Under the pieces are notes generated by a model. That model made no database searches. It was given only the letters and a program-made list of their open reading frames with translations, and was not told the origin of the DNA. A stretch of 64,000 nucleotides of DNA, taken from contig NC_043003.1 of the NCBI RefSeq assembly GCF_006345805.1, forward strand, positions 40,114,001-40,178,000, given 5' to 3'. The translations under genes were made by a program, and so were the position numbers. Origin of the DNA: Octopus sinensis (Eukaryota). This document shows, piece after piece, positions 62,194 through 64,000 of the stretch. Within the stretch, counting starts at the first letter, position 1. Every line of letters starts with the position of its first letter.

Positions 62194-64000
62194 GTGGAGT
62201 ACCCCTCGTTAAGTAATTATTACTTCCCAAGTTCTGCTAGTTAGAAATCCTCAAGGCAACACCTGCTTAGTAAGCAAGAGAGAAGCAGGTGTAGATGTGA
62301 AGCTATATACATGAATAAATATAACACCTTTGTGACATGGCCAAGTAGTTTCAACGCTTACGAAACTAGAAACAGCAGGTGGAAATGAGAGAAATTTAAA
62401 CATCGCGTTGTGGTTCTTTCTGTAATGGCCGGTTAAAATTATATAAAAAACTGAATTATCGAGAGAAGCGAAAACAAGAAGATAAAAGCACATTTATATC
62501 AGAAATCAGAGTGCACATTAATATTTAAATTGTTAAGTTTGAAGTAGGGTTAGGGTAACTGCGACTTGACATATGTGTTAGCCTTACGAGTCAACGACAA
62601 AACTTCGATATGATCGCTTGTCCTATAAGAAATAGCAGCTAAATCTCCATCAAATTATACACACACACAAAAAAAAACCCTGGATAAAATGATGGGCTGT
62701 GTAGTCGTTCTCAGAACGAAGTCATTTAGTATGTTCTGTAACACACGAGTGTCGGTTACATTAATTACTGTCCACCTCTCTAGTCACACTGGTCATTAAT
62801 TATGAGACCATGCGATGACCACACCACATAGCCCTCTTCTAAATTTCTCCCCACTACCATTAACTGTCACAACATCCCTACTTCTGCTGATGGTGACACC
62901 ATATGCCAATTGTAACTGCTAGTTGGTTAAAGTTATCAAACTGTACGAAATCAGGTGTAAAACATTCTACACTCACAAATAAATCTTTTTACTCAAGTGA
63001 CCACTAGGATAAACTAAACAGGATTAATTACAGTTTCATGGTACATTTTATAGACATAAAACAACACTAGGAATTTTGCAGATATTTGAGGATTCCACAC
63101 GTTTTAACTCCACGAAGCCATCGCTTCAGTCCGTGATTACTAAGACTAATGAATTTGACTTACTCTTTTACAGTATATTTTATAAACAATTATAAACACT
63201 TTAGAATCTTTGTGGATATTAGAAGAATCCGGCACGTCGTTTCTAAACGATCTCTTGTCTTGCATAGGAGGTTATGTACGTATTCGACAACCTTACCCAA
63301 TCAATTTTATAATCAACCACGCATAGCAGTTACAAGTAGCCGATATAGCGAAAATGAGTCAATGAGAAGGCCACAGAAGAGCGACAAAAATTTGATGCTT
63401 CACAAAAGACTATTATTGAAGAATAAGCGACATGTGAACACAATAGCTTTTGTGTGTTCTTACATACCTAACGTGGCTCTTCTAGGATGTAAATGTTTCA
63501 AATCAAATCACTTGTCGAACTAGTACAATTCCAAAACATACAATAATAATAAATTTCTACTTTTAGTTGAAGATCGGCAATTTTTGAGGGACGGGGGAAG
63601 TCGATTAGATCGCCCCAAGTACTCGGTTTTAGTTGAAGGCGAGATAAGAGTCGATGGTCTGTTAAACGAAGCCTATCACCATCGTAAGAGTTAACCTTCG
63701 AGGAACTATAAAGGCCAGGGAATAAAAAGGTTCAATGTTAAGAAATGCCCTCAACATTCGGTCTCCTGGACCTGCCCGTAATCTATCATGGATGGTTAAA
63801 TTTCAGTGCTACTATGCCTAAATAGGTTGATATGCTGGCAGTTGAGAGTGAAATATTTTGCAGGGAGCACCAGTGATGACACAGTTGGATTCTAATCTTT
63901 AACGTAGAGATTATTTTATATCCAAATCAAGACTAAGGGGTATCAGACATAAGCCGCTAAAAATTACGAAGGTACCACCTTACCTTTCACAAGTTGGTCG

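Noticed and set aside
63149-63523. 124-aa plus-strand ORF
   Set aside because: No recognisable motif, antisense within an eIF3B intron and no splice support.
63975-64000. Minus-strand donor-like gaaag|gtaagg as the end of eIF3B exon 1
   Set aside because: The phase-1 reading (DQLVK-E) does not resemble the conserved acidic segment expected before ELIGDLL; unresolved at the window edge.

Overview
AT-rich, microsatellite- and SINE-dense animal genomic DNA. The repeat families and composition suggest an octopod cephalopod (inference). The one solid protein-coding gene is eIF3B (translation initiation factor 3 subunit B) on the minus strand. I reconstructed 16 consecutive GT-AG exons from 57188 down to the TAA at 33033-33035. 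All are phase-compatible and total 1970 nt (about 656 aa: RRM, WD40/eIF2A-type propeller, C-terminal helix). The first coding exon is not seen and probably lies beyond the right edge. The left half (1-32 kb) has no recognisable CDS but carries a candidate spliced plus-strand transcript segment at about 2.2-4.1 kb, rich in trinucleotide repeats and small ORFs. The rest is decayed transposons: a full-length dead mariner, an RTE LINE with a PHD-like finger, a CR1-type LINE nested in a piggyBac remnant, a second piggyBac remnant, a Helitron, MITEs and at least four SINE-like families. I found no clear novel multi-gene system. The best leads are inverted SINE pairs around an eIF3B exon (possible ADAR or circRNA substrates), the uORF-rich plus-strand exon, a truncated Penelope-type hammerhead ribozyme remnant and an RFX X-box/CRE composite site.
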